The notes: generated by a model not told the origin, from the letters alone. A stretch of 64,000 nt of DNA from a bacterium (GCA_963674595.2 CAXXFV010000007.1:1-64000), one strand, 5' to 3'; positions 28,233 to 37,643 are shown, numbered from the stretch's first letter. Translations and numbers: made by a program.

Positions 28233-29360
28233 GTGAATAATAGCGGGATAAGTAACTGGAAACAAAAAGCACTCTATACACCCGGTCCGTTGACAACCAG
28301 TCTGACTGTCAAACAGACCATGCTTCGTGATGTGGGAAGCAGGGATTTTGAGCTAATTCAGGTCATTGCGGATATTCGCCAAAAGTTTTTGGAAATCGGC
28401 AATGTGGCAGATAAAGGTTATGAAGCAATCCTGCTTCAGGGCAGCGGCACCTATGCTGTTGAAGCCGTTATTTCCACTGCCACACCTTCCGACGGCAAAT
28501 GGCTGGTTATTGAAAACGGTGCTTATGGTGCGAGAATATCCAAAATTATTAATGTGTTAAAAATAAACAAAAAATCATTGATTTATAAGGAAAACGAACT
28601 GCCGAATTTGCAGGAAATTGACCATGCGCTGACAGAGGACAAGGACATTACGCATGTCGCTGTCATCCACAATGAAACAACAACCGGCATGGTGAATCCC
28701 ATTGATGAAATTGGTAAAATCGTTAAAAAACATAACAAAATTTATTTTGTCGATGCCATGAGCAGTTTCGGCGCTTTTACCATGGATTTACATGCTTTGG
28801 GTATTGATTATCTGGCATGCACGGCCAATAAAAACATTGAAAGCGTTCCCGGATTTGCCTTTGCTATTGCCAAAAGAGATGTATTACTGGCAACAAAGGG
28901 TAATGCCCGCAGTCTTGTCCTGGATCTGTTGGACCAGGTTACAGGTTTTGAAAAGAACGGTCAGTTTCGTTTTACGCCGCCAACCCATTCCCTGTTGGCT
29001 TGTAAACAGGCCCTTGATGAGCTGGAAATGGAGGGTGGCGTTGCCGCACGTGAGGCCCGTTACAAAAAAAGCTATCAGATTCTTGTTGACGGCATGAGCA
29101 AAATGGGATTTAAGGAATATTTGCCCCGGGAGCTTCAGGGACATATCATTGTTTCCTTTAATTATCCTGACCATCCGAATTTTAGTTTTGAAGAATTTTA
29201 TAAACGTCTGAATGATCGTGGATATGTCATTTATCCCGGCAAAGTAAGTAATGCCGATTGTTTTCGTTTGGCTGTCTGTGGTCGACTTTTTGAGAATGAT
29301 ATCCGTGATGTGTTGCACGTGATCAAGGAAACAATCGATGCAATGGGAGTTGAGCTTTAA
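28233..29360 (+). CDS. phnW: 2-aminoethylphosphonate-pyruvate transaminase
   Basis: TPGPLTTS, LQGSGTYAVE, NGAYGAR, HNETTTG, DAMSSFG, ANKNIESVPG, QFRFTPPTH, IYPGK. Confidence 0.92.
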   Translation: MNNSGISNWKQKALYTPGPLTTSLTVKQTMLRDVGSRDFELIQVIADIRQKFLEIGNVADKGYEAILLQGSGTYAVEAVISTATPSDGKWLVIENGAYGARISKIINVLKINKKSLIYKENELPNLQEIDHALTEDKDITHVAVIHNETTTGMVNPIDEIGKIVKKHNKIYFVDAMSSFGAFTMDLHALGIDYLACTANKNIESVPGFAFAIAKRDVLLATKGNARSLVLDLLDQVTGFEKNGQFRFTPPTHSLLACKQALDELEMEGGVAAREARYKKSYQILVDGMSKMGFKEYLPRELQGHIIVSFNYPDHPNFSFEEFYKRLNDRGYVIYPGKVSNADCFRLAVCGRLFENDIRDVLHVIKETIDAMGVEL

Positions 29361-29408
29361 TTTATTATAAATGAAAAACCGATGCGTTTTTTCGGTGAAA
29401 GGAGAATT

Positions 29409-30239
29409 ATGTCATTTGTTTATTCAAGATCCTATCGGGGACCGTTAAAAGGACTGATTTTAGATTGGGCCGGCACCACCATGGATTATGGCTGCTTTGC
29501 ACCGGCTGTGGTATTTATTGAGGTCTTTAAGCGTAAGAATGTTCCCATTACAATTGAACAGGCCCGGGAACCAATGGGTGCGCATAAAAAAACACATATT
29601 CGTCAGATTACCCAGATCGAGGCCGTTGCAAAAAATTGGGAAAAAGTTTATGGCCGCCGCCCCAATGAAACGGACGTTGAAGAAATGTTTGAGGCGTTTG
29701 TTCCGCTGCAAATGGATTGTCTGGCAGATTATGCGGATATGATCCCCGGAACGCTTGATGTCATTGCAGAGGCACGTAAACAAGGTTTGAAAATCGGCTC
29801 TACTACCGGATACACCGGTGATATGATGAAAATCCTTTTGGCCGAAGCTGAGAAAAGAGGATATGTACCGGATTCTACTGTCTGCGCCACGGACGTGCCT
29901 GCCGGGCGCCCTTATCCGTGGATGTGTTTTCAAAATGCTATAAATTTGCAGATATTTCCCATGGAAGCTATTGTCAAAGTCGGTGATACCTTACCGGACA
30001 TTGCTGAAGGACTCAATGCCGGAATGTGGACCATCGGACTGGCAAAAACAGGGAACGAACTGGGACTTACGGAACAGGACATTGCCGAACTTGATCCGGA
30101 TATATATGATTTAAAAATCAAACGTGCCTATGAACGTATGCACCAGGCCGGAGCGCATTATGTGGTTGACGGCATTGGCGATATTCTTCCTGTATTTGAT
30201 GATATTAATGCAAGATTGGCCCGTGGTGAACGCCCCTGA
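29409..30239 (+). CDS. phnX: Phosphonoacetaldehyde hydrolase (phosphonatase)
   Basis: DWAGTTMDYG HAD motif, REPMGAHKKTHIR with the Schiff-base Lys region, GRPYPWM, KVGDT..DIAEGLNAGMW; AAGGAG RBS before ATG 29409. Confidence 0.96.
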   Translation: MSFVYSRSYRGPLKGLILDWAGTTMDYGCFAPAVVFIEVFKRKNVPITIEQAREPMGAHKKTHIRQITQIEAVAKNWEKVYGRRPNETDVEEMFEAFVPLQMDCLADYADMIPGTLDVIAEARKQGLKIGSTTGYTGDMMKILLAEAEKRGYVPDSTVCATDVPAGRPYPWMCFQNAINLQIFPMEAIVKVGDTLPDIAEGLNAGMWTIGLAKTGNELGLTEQDIAELDPDIYDLKIKRAYERMHQAGAHYVVDGIGDILPVFDDINARLARGERP

Positions 30240-30278
30240 CATGCATGCATAAATAGTTTTTTATAATCAAAAGAAATG

Positions 30279-30317
30279 AAAAATGGATTTCCGAATTTTT
30301 GGAAATCCATTTTTTTT
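30279..30317 (+). terminator. Terminator of the mmsA-phnWX operon
   Basis: AAAAATGGATTTCC-loop-GGAAATCCATTTTT plus T-tract. Confidence 0.85.
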
Positions 30318-30427
30318 GCAAGTGATACTTGATTCCTTATAAATATTTCCATATCTTTTCTAACTAAAATTTTTTTTTGTTATTTGTAGGATAATGGTTA
30401 AAAACATCCTTTCTTGCAGGAATAGGT

Positions 30428-31057
30428 ATGCGGGTTTTAAAAGATATTTTTGAAAATAATAAAAAATGGGCTGCTGAAATTAAAGCAAACAAACCGGATT
30501 TTTTTGAAAATCTTTCCCGTCAGCAAACCCCCGAGTTTTTATGGATTGGCTGTGCCGACAGCCGGGTCCCGGCAAACGAAATTATGGGAACAATGCCGGG
30601 CCGGGTATTTGTGCATCGTAATATCGCTAATCTTGTTATTCACACGGATTTGAATTGCCTGTCCATTATTCAGTATGCTGTCGAAGTTTTAAAAATAAAA
30701 CATATCATTGTTTGCGGGCATTATGGCTGCGGCGGTATAAAAGCAGCCATGGAAAATAAGGAACACGGACTTATTGATAACTGGCTTTGTAACATTAAGG
30801 ATGTATACAGATTTCACCAGGAAAAAATTGATGAATTAAAAGATGATCAGGATAAATTCGACCTGTTGTGCGAACTCAATGTCATTGAACAAGTTGCGAA
30901 CGTCTGCCATACAACCATTATTCAAAACGCCTGGAAAAACGGGCAGCCTTTGGCTGTTCATGGGTGGATATATAATCTTGAGGACGGGTTATTAAAAGAC
31001 CTGGATGTTTGTATTACCAGTCTTGATGAAATTTCGCAAACACACCGATTGAAATAA
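30428..31057 (+). CDS. can: Beta-class carbonic anhydrase
   Basis: WIGCADSRVP, FVHRNIAN, CGHYGCGG zinc-ligand motifs. Confidence 0.96.
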   Translation: MRVLKDIFENNKKWAAEIKANKPDFFENLSRQQTPEFLWIGCADSRVPANEIMGTMPGRVFVHRNIANLVIHTDLNCLSIIQYAVEVLKIKHIIVCGHYGCGGIKAAMENKEHGLIDNWLCNIKDVYRFHQEKIDELKDDQDKFDLLCELNVIEQVANVCHTTIIQNAWKNGQPLAVHGWIYNLEDGLLKDLDVCITSLDEISQTHRLK

Positions 31058-31306
31058 AAATCAACGCATATAATAATGTTAAAACCATTCTAAATCGATA
31101 TTCATATTAATCTTTAAGGAGGTGATTTTTTGTTTGTAAGGAACTGATCGTGATTTTGCAAAAAATCATAAAAAAATCAGAATTCCTGTTCATTATGTGA
31201 GTTACAAAACAGATATAATTTCAAACAAATTGTTTGCCATAATAAACTTTTGTGCTGACATGATGAATGAAACACAAACTATTTATTATAGAACAGGACA
31301 ATTATA

Positions 31307-32104
31307 ATGTTTGATAAATCGAATCAAAAGCAAAAATACCCTTTAGCCGCAAAATACAACGACCTGCATAAAATTTATGCCGAATGCAGCGGGCCCGGTG
31401 GTTTGGAACTGGCCGAGTTTATGATGCAAAAAATGGGGACAACACCCGGCACTAAAATTCTTGACGTCGGCACGGCCCACGGATATCAAACCTGTTTTAT
31501 CGCTAAAGAGTTTGATGTAACGGTTGTAGGTATTGACCCGATGACAAGTTTTAGAGATGATTTGCCTCAAATTGAGCATTTGGAAAAAAATGCTCAGGAA
31601 TGGGGTGTACAAAATAAAGTTATCGGAATTAAAGTCGGTGTGCCGGACACAAAATTGGCATCAAATTCCTTTGACGCTGTCTATTCGACAACAGCCCTGG
31701 AAATGCTGCGCGGATTTTATGGCGTTGAAAATTATATCGAATGCCTGAAAGAAATTTACAGAGTGTTGAAACCAAACGGCATTTTTGGATTGGGTGAACC
31801 CATGCATAATGATGTTGAAATTCCAAAAGAACTGGACCCTGTTATTTCAAAAAGCAAAGATTGTGTCCCCTGGAAAGATGCTTTTGAATCTTTACAAACG
31901 ACGGAAAATTTTATCAGGACTGCCGGATTTGATATTATCGAATCCGGTTACGCGCCTGATGCGGACTATTGGTGGCAGCAGTTTATTAACTATGAACCCG
32001 AGTGTATTAAAGACCCGGAACATGAAGATGTTAAAGCCATCAATATCGATAAAGGCCGGTGGGTAAGCTTTGGTTATGTTATCTGTAAAAAGCCCGGTAA
32101 ATAA
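31307..32104 (+). CDS. Class I SAM-dependent methyltransferase
   Basis: GPGGLELA, ILDVGTAHG, SFDAVYS, EIYRVLKPNG. Confidence 0.88.
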   Translation: MFDKSNQKQKYPLAAKYNDLHKIYAECSGPGGLELAEFMMQKMGTTPGTKILDVGTAHGYQTCFIAKEFDVTVVGIDPMTSFRDDLPQIEHLEKNAQEWGVQNKVIGIKVGVPDTKLASNSFDAVYSTTALEMLRGFYGVENYIECLKEIYRVLKPNGIFGLGEPMHNDVEIPKELDPVISKSKDCVPWKDAFESLQTTENFIRTAGFDIIESGYAPDADYWWQQFINYEPECIKDPEHEDVKAINIDKGRWVSFGYVICKKPGK

Positions 32105-32154
32105 CGCCCTGTCGAAATATTATTGTTCAGAATAAATTTTCTGGTTTTAAATAA

Positions 32155-32193
32155 TGCCCTCAAAGATTTTCAGTCTTTGGGGGCTGTATTCTT
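32155..32193 (+). terminator. Probable terminator
   Basis: GCCCTCAAAGA-loop-TCTTTGGGGGC followed by a T-rich tail. Confidence 0.55.
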
Positions 32194-32280
32194 TATTGCC
32201 CGGACTTTTCCAAATGAGATGGCTGATAAAGTATCAAAATAGTGTTGTAACTTTTAAATCTTCAATCAGCAGAGGGGAAA

Positions 32281-32865
32281 ATGAATCGTACTAACAGACG
32301 TTCAATCCGGTTAAAGGATTATGATTATTCTCAGGCCGGTTATTATTTTGTGACGATTTGCACGCAAAAGCATGTCTGTTTGTTTGGTGACGTGTTAGAT
32401 GGGCAAATGGTTTTAAATGAGGTTGGTCAATATGTACAAGGTTGTTGGCAGGAAATACCGAACCATTTCCCGCATGTCAAGTTGGATAATTATTGTATTA
32501 TGCCAAATCATATTCATGGAATTATTATCATTGTTGGACCGGTCGATGATAATGAAATACATGTAGGGGCGAAAAATTTTTCGCCCCTACGCCGTTCAAT
32601 ACCTGAGTGCACATCAAAATCCTTTTCGCGCCAACATTCAATGCCTCTAGGACCATCCAAAACCATTGGTTCAATAGTTCGGGGTTTTAAAATCGGTGTT
32701 ACAAAATGGATGCGGCAACACCACCCGGGGCAAATATTATGGCAGCGAAATTATTACGAACATATTATTCGCGACGAACGCGATTATAACAGGATTTGTA
32801 AATATATTGAAACCATTCCGTTAAAATGCGAACAGGATTCCTTAAATCCTGTGTTCGGAGAATAA
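32281..32865 (+). mobile_element. REP-associated tyrosine transposase (RAYT, Y1 HUH), possibly decaying
   Basis: RRSIRLKDYDYSQAGYYFVTICT, MPNHIHGII (HUH), IGSIVRGFK, WQRNYYEHIIRDE...YI; the usual NP..W tail reads IP..C. Confidence 0.9.
32563..32590. repeat. GTAG-type REP palindrome embedded in-frame in the RAYT gene
   Basis: Perfect 28-bp palindrome GTAGGGGCGAAAAA/TTTTTCGCCCCTAC encoding VGAKNFSPL. Confidence 0.85.
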
Positions 32866-33123
32866 ATTGTAAACAAGAATATTTGATTATTTTATTCGAA
32901 TCGGCCTGCTATTCAGGAAATTAAGTTTCCATTCCAACAGATCAACTAAATTTTATTTTCTGCTTGTTTGTTGATAAAATATAGATAAATTATCAAGATT
33001 GAATAAATCACCTGGAAACTGCGAATCAAATCAATATTATAAAAGTGCATTAAAAAAAAATCACTTTAATAATACTGAGCATAAATTAACAGAATGATGA
33101 ATATTTAAACGGAATGACCTGAA

Positions 33124-34878
33124 ATGAAATACCTTGCCCTGCTGATAACCTTATACCTGCCTGTTTTTTCTTACGGCCAATCCACGGACTGGCGTTTAAT
33201 CTCCAACGGACAAAAGATATATGAACACGGCTATTGCGACCAACCCTATATCGTAACCACAAGCGACGGCGCCTGGGTTTGCGCCTTTACAACAGCCCCC
33301 GGACATGAAGGCAGCAAAGTCCAGTATATTGTTTCTACCTGCTCTTTTGATAAGGGCAAAACATGGTCCGAACCTGTCGAAATTGAAACGGCGTCTGCCG
33401 GGATTGAAGCATCCTGGGCCATTCCGTTGGTAACGACCTTTGATCGGATTTATGTGTTCTATACCTTTAACGGCGATACCATCCGCCATCTACCGGACGG
33501 AACAGAGATGCGCGCGGACACACACGGGTGGTATTGCTATCGCTATTCCGACGATAAAGGGAAAACCTGGTCTGAACGCTTTCGGCTAAATATGCGCAAA
33601 ACAGCCTGTGACCGGCAAAACGACTTTTCCGGGGACGTACAAATGTTTTGGGGAATCGGCAAGCCTGTTGTTAAAGAAAATGATGTGTGGTTTTCGTTTA
33701 CAAAGCTGGGAAAATATTTTCTTGAGGGGGGTGAAGGCTGGCTCTATTATTCCGATAATATTCTGACTGAAAAGGATGTATCGAACATACACTGGCAATT
33801 GCTTCCGGAAGGCGATCATGGAATCAGGAATCCTGAATTTGGCTCTGTGCAGGAAGAATTCAATGTTCAGCCCATGAATAAAAAGGACGGGTTGTATTGT
33901 GTTTACCGCACCACCCTGGGACAACCGGCTTGTTCCTATAGCTATGATAAGGGGAAAACATGGTCCGGGCCTGAGTTGATGGATTATGCAACCGGATTAC
34001 CTTTGCGTAATCCCCGCGCATGTCCGAGGCTGTGGAAATGTGAAAACGGCAAGTACCTTTTATGGTATCATAACAATGGCGGACAGGATTTTCAACACCG
34101 AAATCCGGCCTGGGTTGCGGGCGGGGTAGAAAAAAACGGTAAAATATATTGGTCGCAGCCGGAAATAATCATCTATGGTCATGACCATTCTTATAAAACA
34201 GGACGATTCAGTTATCCGGATTTGGTGCAGGAGGGCGGCCGATATTGGGTTTCAACCACCCAAAAAACGACCGCGACCATCCATGAAATTCCTGCCGGAT
34301 TTTTTAAAATGATATGGCGACAGTTTGATGAGCCCGCCGTTGTTTCGGACGGGCTTGTTGACAGTTTTGATGATATTGGTGAGAATAAAAAACTAAACTT
34401 TTCTCAACCGTTAACCATGAAAAACGGCGGTTTTGCATTTGATTTGTGGATTAAAATTGACGAGTTTGACGATGCCGTCATTTTAAAGGGAAATGATGAC
34501 AAGAACAAAAATATAAAACTAGCTCTGACAAAAGATGCCAACCTGGAGTTTATCATAACCGATGGTGTTGATACCATAAAATTGAAATCCGACGCAAACC
34601 GGCTCGAAAAAGGAAAAAATCATCATGTCGCTATATTGGTCGATGCTGATGCTGAAATTTGTTATATGCTTATTGATGGAAGCATTTGTGACGGGGGTGG
34701 TCAGGAGATTTTTGGGTTCCGCCGGTTTGGTGATTCGTTGACGGGATTACAGGTCCGTAGCGTGTCCCTCAAGAAATTTTCCGGTAAAATTGATAAGCTA
34801 CGATTGTATGGTCAACGTATGTATACAAGTCAGTTTGTAAATAATTATAATTTTGAAAAACGGGAAATGACGCGATAA
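33124..34878 (+). CDS. Secreted sialidase-like (BNR/Asp-box) protein with C-terminal LamG-like domain
   Basis: Signal peptide; Asp-boxes SFDKGKTWS, YSDDKGKTWS, SYDKGKTWS; FSYPDL; LamG-like FDLWIK...HHVAILVD...IDKLRLY. Confidence 0.8.
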   Translation: MKYLALLITLYLPVFSYGQSTDWRLISNGQKIYEHGYCDQPYIVTTSDGAWVCAFTTAPGHEGSKVQYIVSTCSFDKGKTWSEPVEIETASAGIEASWAIPLVTTFDRIYVFYTFNGDTIRHLPDGTEMRADTHGWYCYRYSDDKGKTWSERFRLNMRKTACDRQNDFSGDVQMFWGIGKPVVKENDVWFSFTKLGKYFLEGGEGWLYYSDNILTEKDVSNIHWQLLPEGDHGIRNPEFGSVQEEFNVQPMNKKDGLYCVYRTTLGQPACSYSYDKGKTWSGPELMDYATGLPLRNPRACPRLWKCENGKYLLWYHNNGGQDFQHRNPAWVAGGVEKNGKIYWSQPEIIIYGHDHSYKTGRFSYPDLVQEGGRYWVSTTQKTTATIHEIPAGFFKMIWRQFDEPAVVSDGLVDSFDDIGENKKLNFSQPLTMKNGGFAFDLWIKIDEFDDAVILKGNDDKNKNIKLALTKDANLEFIITDGVDTIKLKSDANRLEKGKNHHVAILVDADAEICYMLIDGSICDGGGQEIFGFRRFGDSLTGLQVRSVSLKKFSGKIDKLRLYGQRMYTSQFVNNYNFEKREMTR

Positions 34879-34967
34879 ATTATAACTGATAAATATAATG
34901 TTATTTTGAAACGTTATCATGTCTTTTGCAGCTTTAGTCAGATGATAATGTGTTGTTCTGATAAACA

Positions 34968-35074
34968 AAACCCCGAAGGGGTGAAATTATTGTAGGATAA
35001 AAAAATAATCCCGAAGGGATGACATTATTATAGAATGAAGCAAGAATAAAAAGTAAAACCCCGAAGGGGTGAAA
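34968..35074 (+). repeat. Three tandem hairpin (REP-like) units 5' of tnpA
   Basis: AAACCCCGAAGGGGTGAAATTATTGTAG (34968), AATCCCGAAGGGATGACATTATTATAG (35007), AAACCCCGAAGGGGTGAAA (35056). Confidence 0.88.
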
Positions 35075-35084
35075 GAGAACTGTG

Positions 35085-35546
35085 ATGCCCGGAACGTTTT
35101 CACAATTATACATCCAAATTGTATTTGCCGTTAAAGGCCGAGAAAATCTCATCTCTGAATCATGGCAAAACGAGTTGCATCAGTATCTGGCCGGAATTGT
35201 TAAAGGCATAGGTCATAAACCGATCATCGTAAATGGAATTCCGGACCATATCCACGCGTTTGTCGGATTGAAACCATCTATGGCTATTTCTGATTTGGTA
35301 CGAGACATGAAAAACAATTCTACTAATTTTATCAATAAGCGGGAATTTGTTCAGGGAAGGTTTTGCTGGCAGGAAGGGTATGGGGCTTTTTCCTATTCGC
35401 ATTCACATATAGAGAATGTGTATAATTATATAAAGAACCAACAGGAACATCATCGGAAGAAATCATTCCGGGAAGAGTATCTAGAGTTTTTATAAAAGTT
35501 TGAAATTGATTACGATGAAAAACATTTGTTTGATTGGTTGGATTAG
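35085..35546 (+). mobile_element. tnpA: IS200/IS605-family TnpA (Y1 HUH transposase) with premature in-frame TAA at 35493-35495
   Basis: QLYIQIVFAVKGRE, PDHIHAFV (HUH), FCWQEGYGAFSYS, YIKNQ; after the TAA the same frame continues KFEIDYDEKHLFDWLD*, the usual family C-terminus. Confidence 0.92.
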
Positions 35547-35549
35547 AAT

Positions 35550-35618
35550 ATATCACCCCTTTGGGGTTTGAGAATCAAGGGATAAGGCTTTTATAATAAT
35601 GCCATCCCTTCGGGATTT
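35550..35618 (-). repeat. Two inverted hairpin (REP-like) units 3' of tnpA
   Basis: Reverse complements read AAACCCCAAAGGGGTGATAT and AAATCCCGAAGGGATGGCATTATTATAA. Confidence 0.88.
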
Positions 35619-35741
35619 AAGGATTATTTGTTTACGTTTTATTTTTTTCGTACTATTGAGTAAGATAGAATTGAAATACCAAGCCGACTATAAACTTTTT
35701 AAAAATGACAGAATTGTTTAATAATTAAGTTTGGATAAAAC

Positions 35742-36830
35742 ATGTTATTACTATTATTCTATTTATTTTTGGCCCTGTTTGTGTCATTTCTCTGTTCCAT
35801 TATGGAAGCAGTGCTTCTTTCAACTCCGCAGTCTTTTTTAATGGTAAAGCAAGATAGTGGAAATGTTTGGGCCAAAACATTTATCGATTTAAAAGCTAAT
35901 ATTGACAAACCGTTGTCAGCCATTTTATCATTAAATACAGTCGCGCATACAGTTGGTGCAGCCGGTGTTGGAGCTCAGGCAGTTAAGCTATTCGGTGAAG
36001 CATCATTTGGAATTGTGTCCGCTATATTGACTATTTTAATTTTGGTCATCACTGAAATTATACCAAAAACGATCGGTGCCAAATTTTGGAAAAATTTGGC
36101 AATGATTTCATCTTTAACGATAAAAGGAATGACAATTATCACCTATCCATTGGTTATTATGTCGGCAAGCATTACGAAACTGATTGCAAAAGATATACAA
36201 GAGCAGACTACCAGCCGAGAGGAAATTGCCGCATTGGCACATATTGGAGCAGATGAAGGTGTTTTTTCAAATAAAGAACATAAAATCATTCAAAATGTAC
36301 TAAAACTCAAAAATGTCAAGGTAGCAGAAATTATGACACCGAGAGTGGTTGTTGCTGTTGCTGATGAAAACCAGTTCTTGATGGATTTTTTAAAAAATAA
36401 GGATTATTTAAAGTTTTCACGTATCCCGATATTTTCAGAGAATGAAGAAAATATAAGCGGATATGTTTTTAGACAGACTATTCTTGAAAAACTGGCAGAA
36501 GACCAGCATAAATTAAAATTAAAAGATTTTAAACGGGACATTGTCGTCGTACCGGATTCTATCGAATTATTTACGTTGTGGGAAAAGCTGTTAGAGGAAA
36601 AAGAGCACATTGCCATAATTGTCGATGAACATGGTGGTATGGATGGAATTGTAACGATGGAAGATATCATCGAAACGTTGCTTGGACTTGAAATTACTGA
36701 TGAAACTGATACTGTAACTGACATGCAAAAATTTGCACGGGACAGGTGGAAGGCGAGACAAATTAAATATAATATGCTTGATGATTTTAATAATGATGAC
36801 CATGCAAAATTACCGCCTGAGAAGGTGTGA
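35742..36830 (+). CDS. CNNM/DUF21-CBS domain (hemolysin/CorB-like) membrane protein
   Basis: SFLCSIMEAVLLS, AILSLNTVAHTVGAAG, EIIPKTIG, IMTPR, FSRIP, VDEHGGMDGIVTMEDIIE. Confidence 0.93.
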   Translation: MLLLLFYLFLALFVSFLCSIMEAVLLSTPQSFLMVKQDSGNVWAKTFIDLKANIDKPLSAILSLNTVAHTVGAAGVGAQAVKLFGEASFGIVSAILTILILVITEIIPKTIGAKFWKNLAMISSLTIKGMTIITYPLVIMSASITKLIAKDIQEQTTSREEIAALAHIGADEGVFSNKEHKIIQNVLKLKNVKVAEIMTPRVVVAVADENQFLMDFLKNKDYLKFSRIPIFSENEENISGYVFRQTILEKLAEDQHKLKLKDFKRDIVVVPDSIELFTLWEKLLEEKEHIAIIVDEHGGMDGIVTMEDIIETLLGLEITDETDTVTDMQKFARDRWKARQIKYNMLDDFNNDDHAKLPPEKV

Positions 36831-36910
36831 ATTCGTATATTAAAAATAATTTTAATGGTTGTTTAGATTTTTATATTACAACTAAAATAATCAACATGTA
36901 GGAAAATCCT

Positions 36911-37201
36911 ATGAGCTATTATTTTATTGCCCGGATAAAAATTCATGATGATGCAGAGTATCAAAAATACCTGGATCAGGCAGATGATATTTTTAAAAAG
37001 TACAATGGAGAGTATTTAGCTGTTGATGATAACTGTTTGGTTCTGGAAGGTAACCGGGACGATTCCCGTATGGTTATCATCCGTTTTGCAACGCAGAATG
37101 ATTTTAACGCGTGGTATAATTCGCCGGAATATCAACACATCCTCAAACATCGGTTAAAAGCGGCGCATTGTGATACGATTTTAGTGAAAGGAATAAACTG
37201 A
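36911..37201 (+). CDS. DUF1330 family protein
   Basis: YQKY...KYNGEYL...VLEG...VIIRF...WYNSPEYQ. Confidence 0.88.
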   Translation: MSYYFIARIKIHDDAEYQKYLDQADDIFKKYNGEYLAVDDNCLVLEGNRDDSRMVIIRFATQNDFNAWYNSPEYQHILKHRLKAAHCDTILVKGIN

Positions 37202-37223
37202 CACACAGAAAGGGAATTTTAAA

Positions 37224-37643
37224 ATGGAAGACATTATTCATATATCAACTGAAAAGTCCTTGTTGGATGTTCACGTTATACATGACTATTTATCCAACCG
37301 ATCCTATTGGGCGAAAGGGCGGAGTATAGAGACTGTAAAAAAATCTATAGAAAATTCGTTTTGCTTTGGCGTTTATACAGGTAACCAACAAATTGGTTTT
37401 GCGCGGGTTGTTACTGATTTTGCTGTTTATGCCTATATTCTGGACGTGTTTATTCTGGAAAGCCATAGAGGCAAAGGATTGGGCAAAAAGCTCATGCAGG
37501 AAATTATGAACCATGAACAGTTGCAAAATCTTCAACGATGGGGCCTTGCCACAAATGATGCTCATGGATTGTATGAAAAATACGGCTTTAAAACCCTGGC
37601 CCATTCTGAGAAACACATGGAGGTTGTAAATAAACCACGCTAA
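37224..37643 (+). CDS. GNAT N-acetyltransferase
   Basis: SYWAKGR, QIGFARVVTD, DVFILESHRGKGLGK, DAHGLYEKYGF. Confidence 0.92.
   Translation: MEDIIHISTEKSLLDVHVIHDYLSNRSYWAKGRSIETVKKSIENSFCFGVYTGNQQIGFARVVTDFAVYAYILDVFILESHRGKGLGKKLMQEIMNHEQLQNLQRWGLATNDAHGLYEKYGFKTLAHSEKHMEVVNKPR

Noticed and set aside
35493-35495. Stop-codon recoding or an alternative genetic code
   Set aside because: TAA, TAG and TGA all end conserved genes normally in this window, so a single nonsense change is simpler.
34968-35618. Hairpin repeats as a CRISPR array
   Set aside because: Only five units of two alternating types, short AT-rich spacers, inverted orientation across tnpA, and no cas genes.
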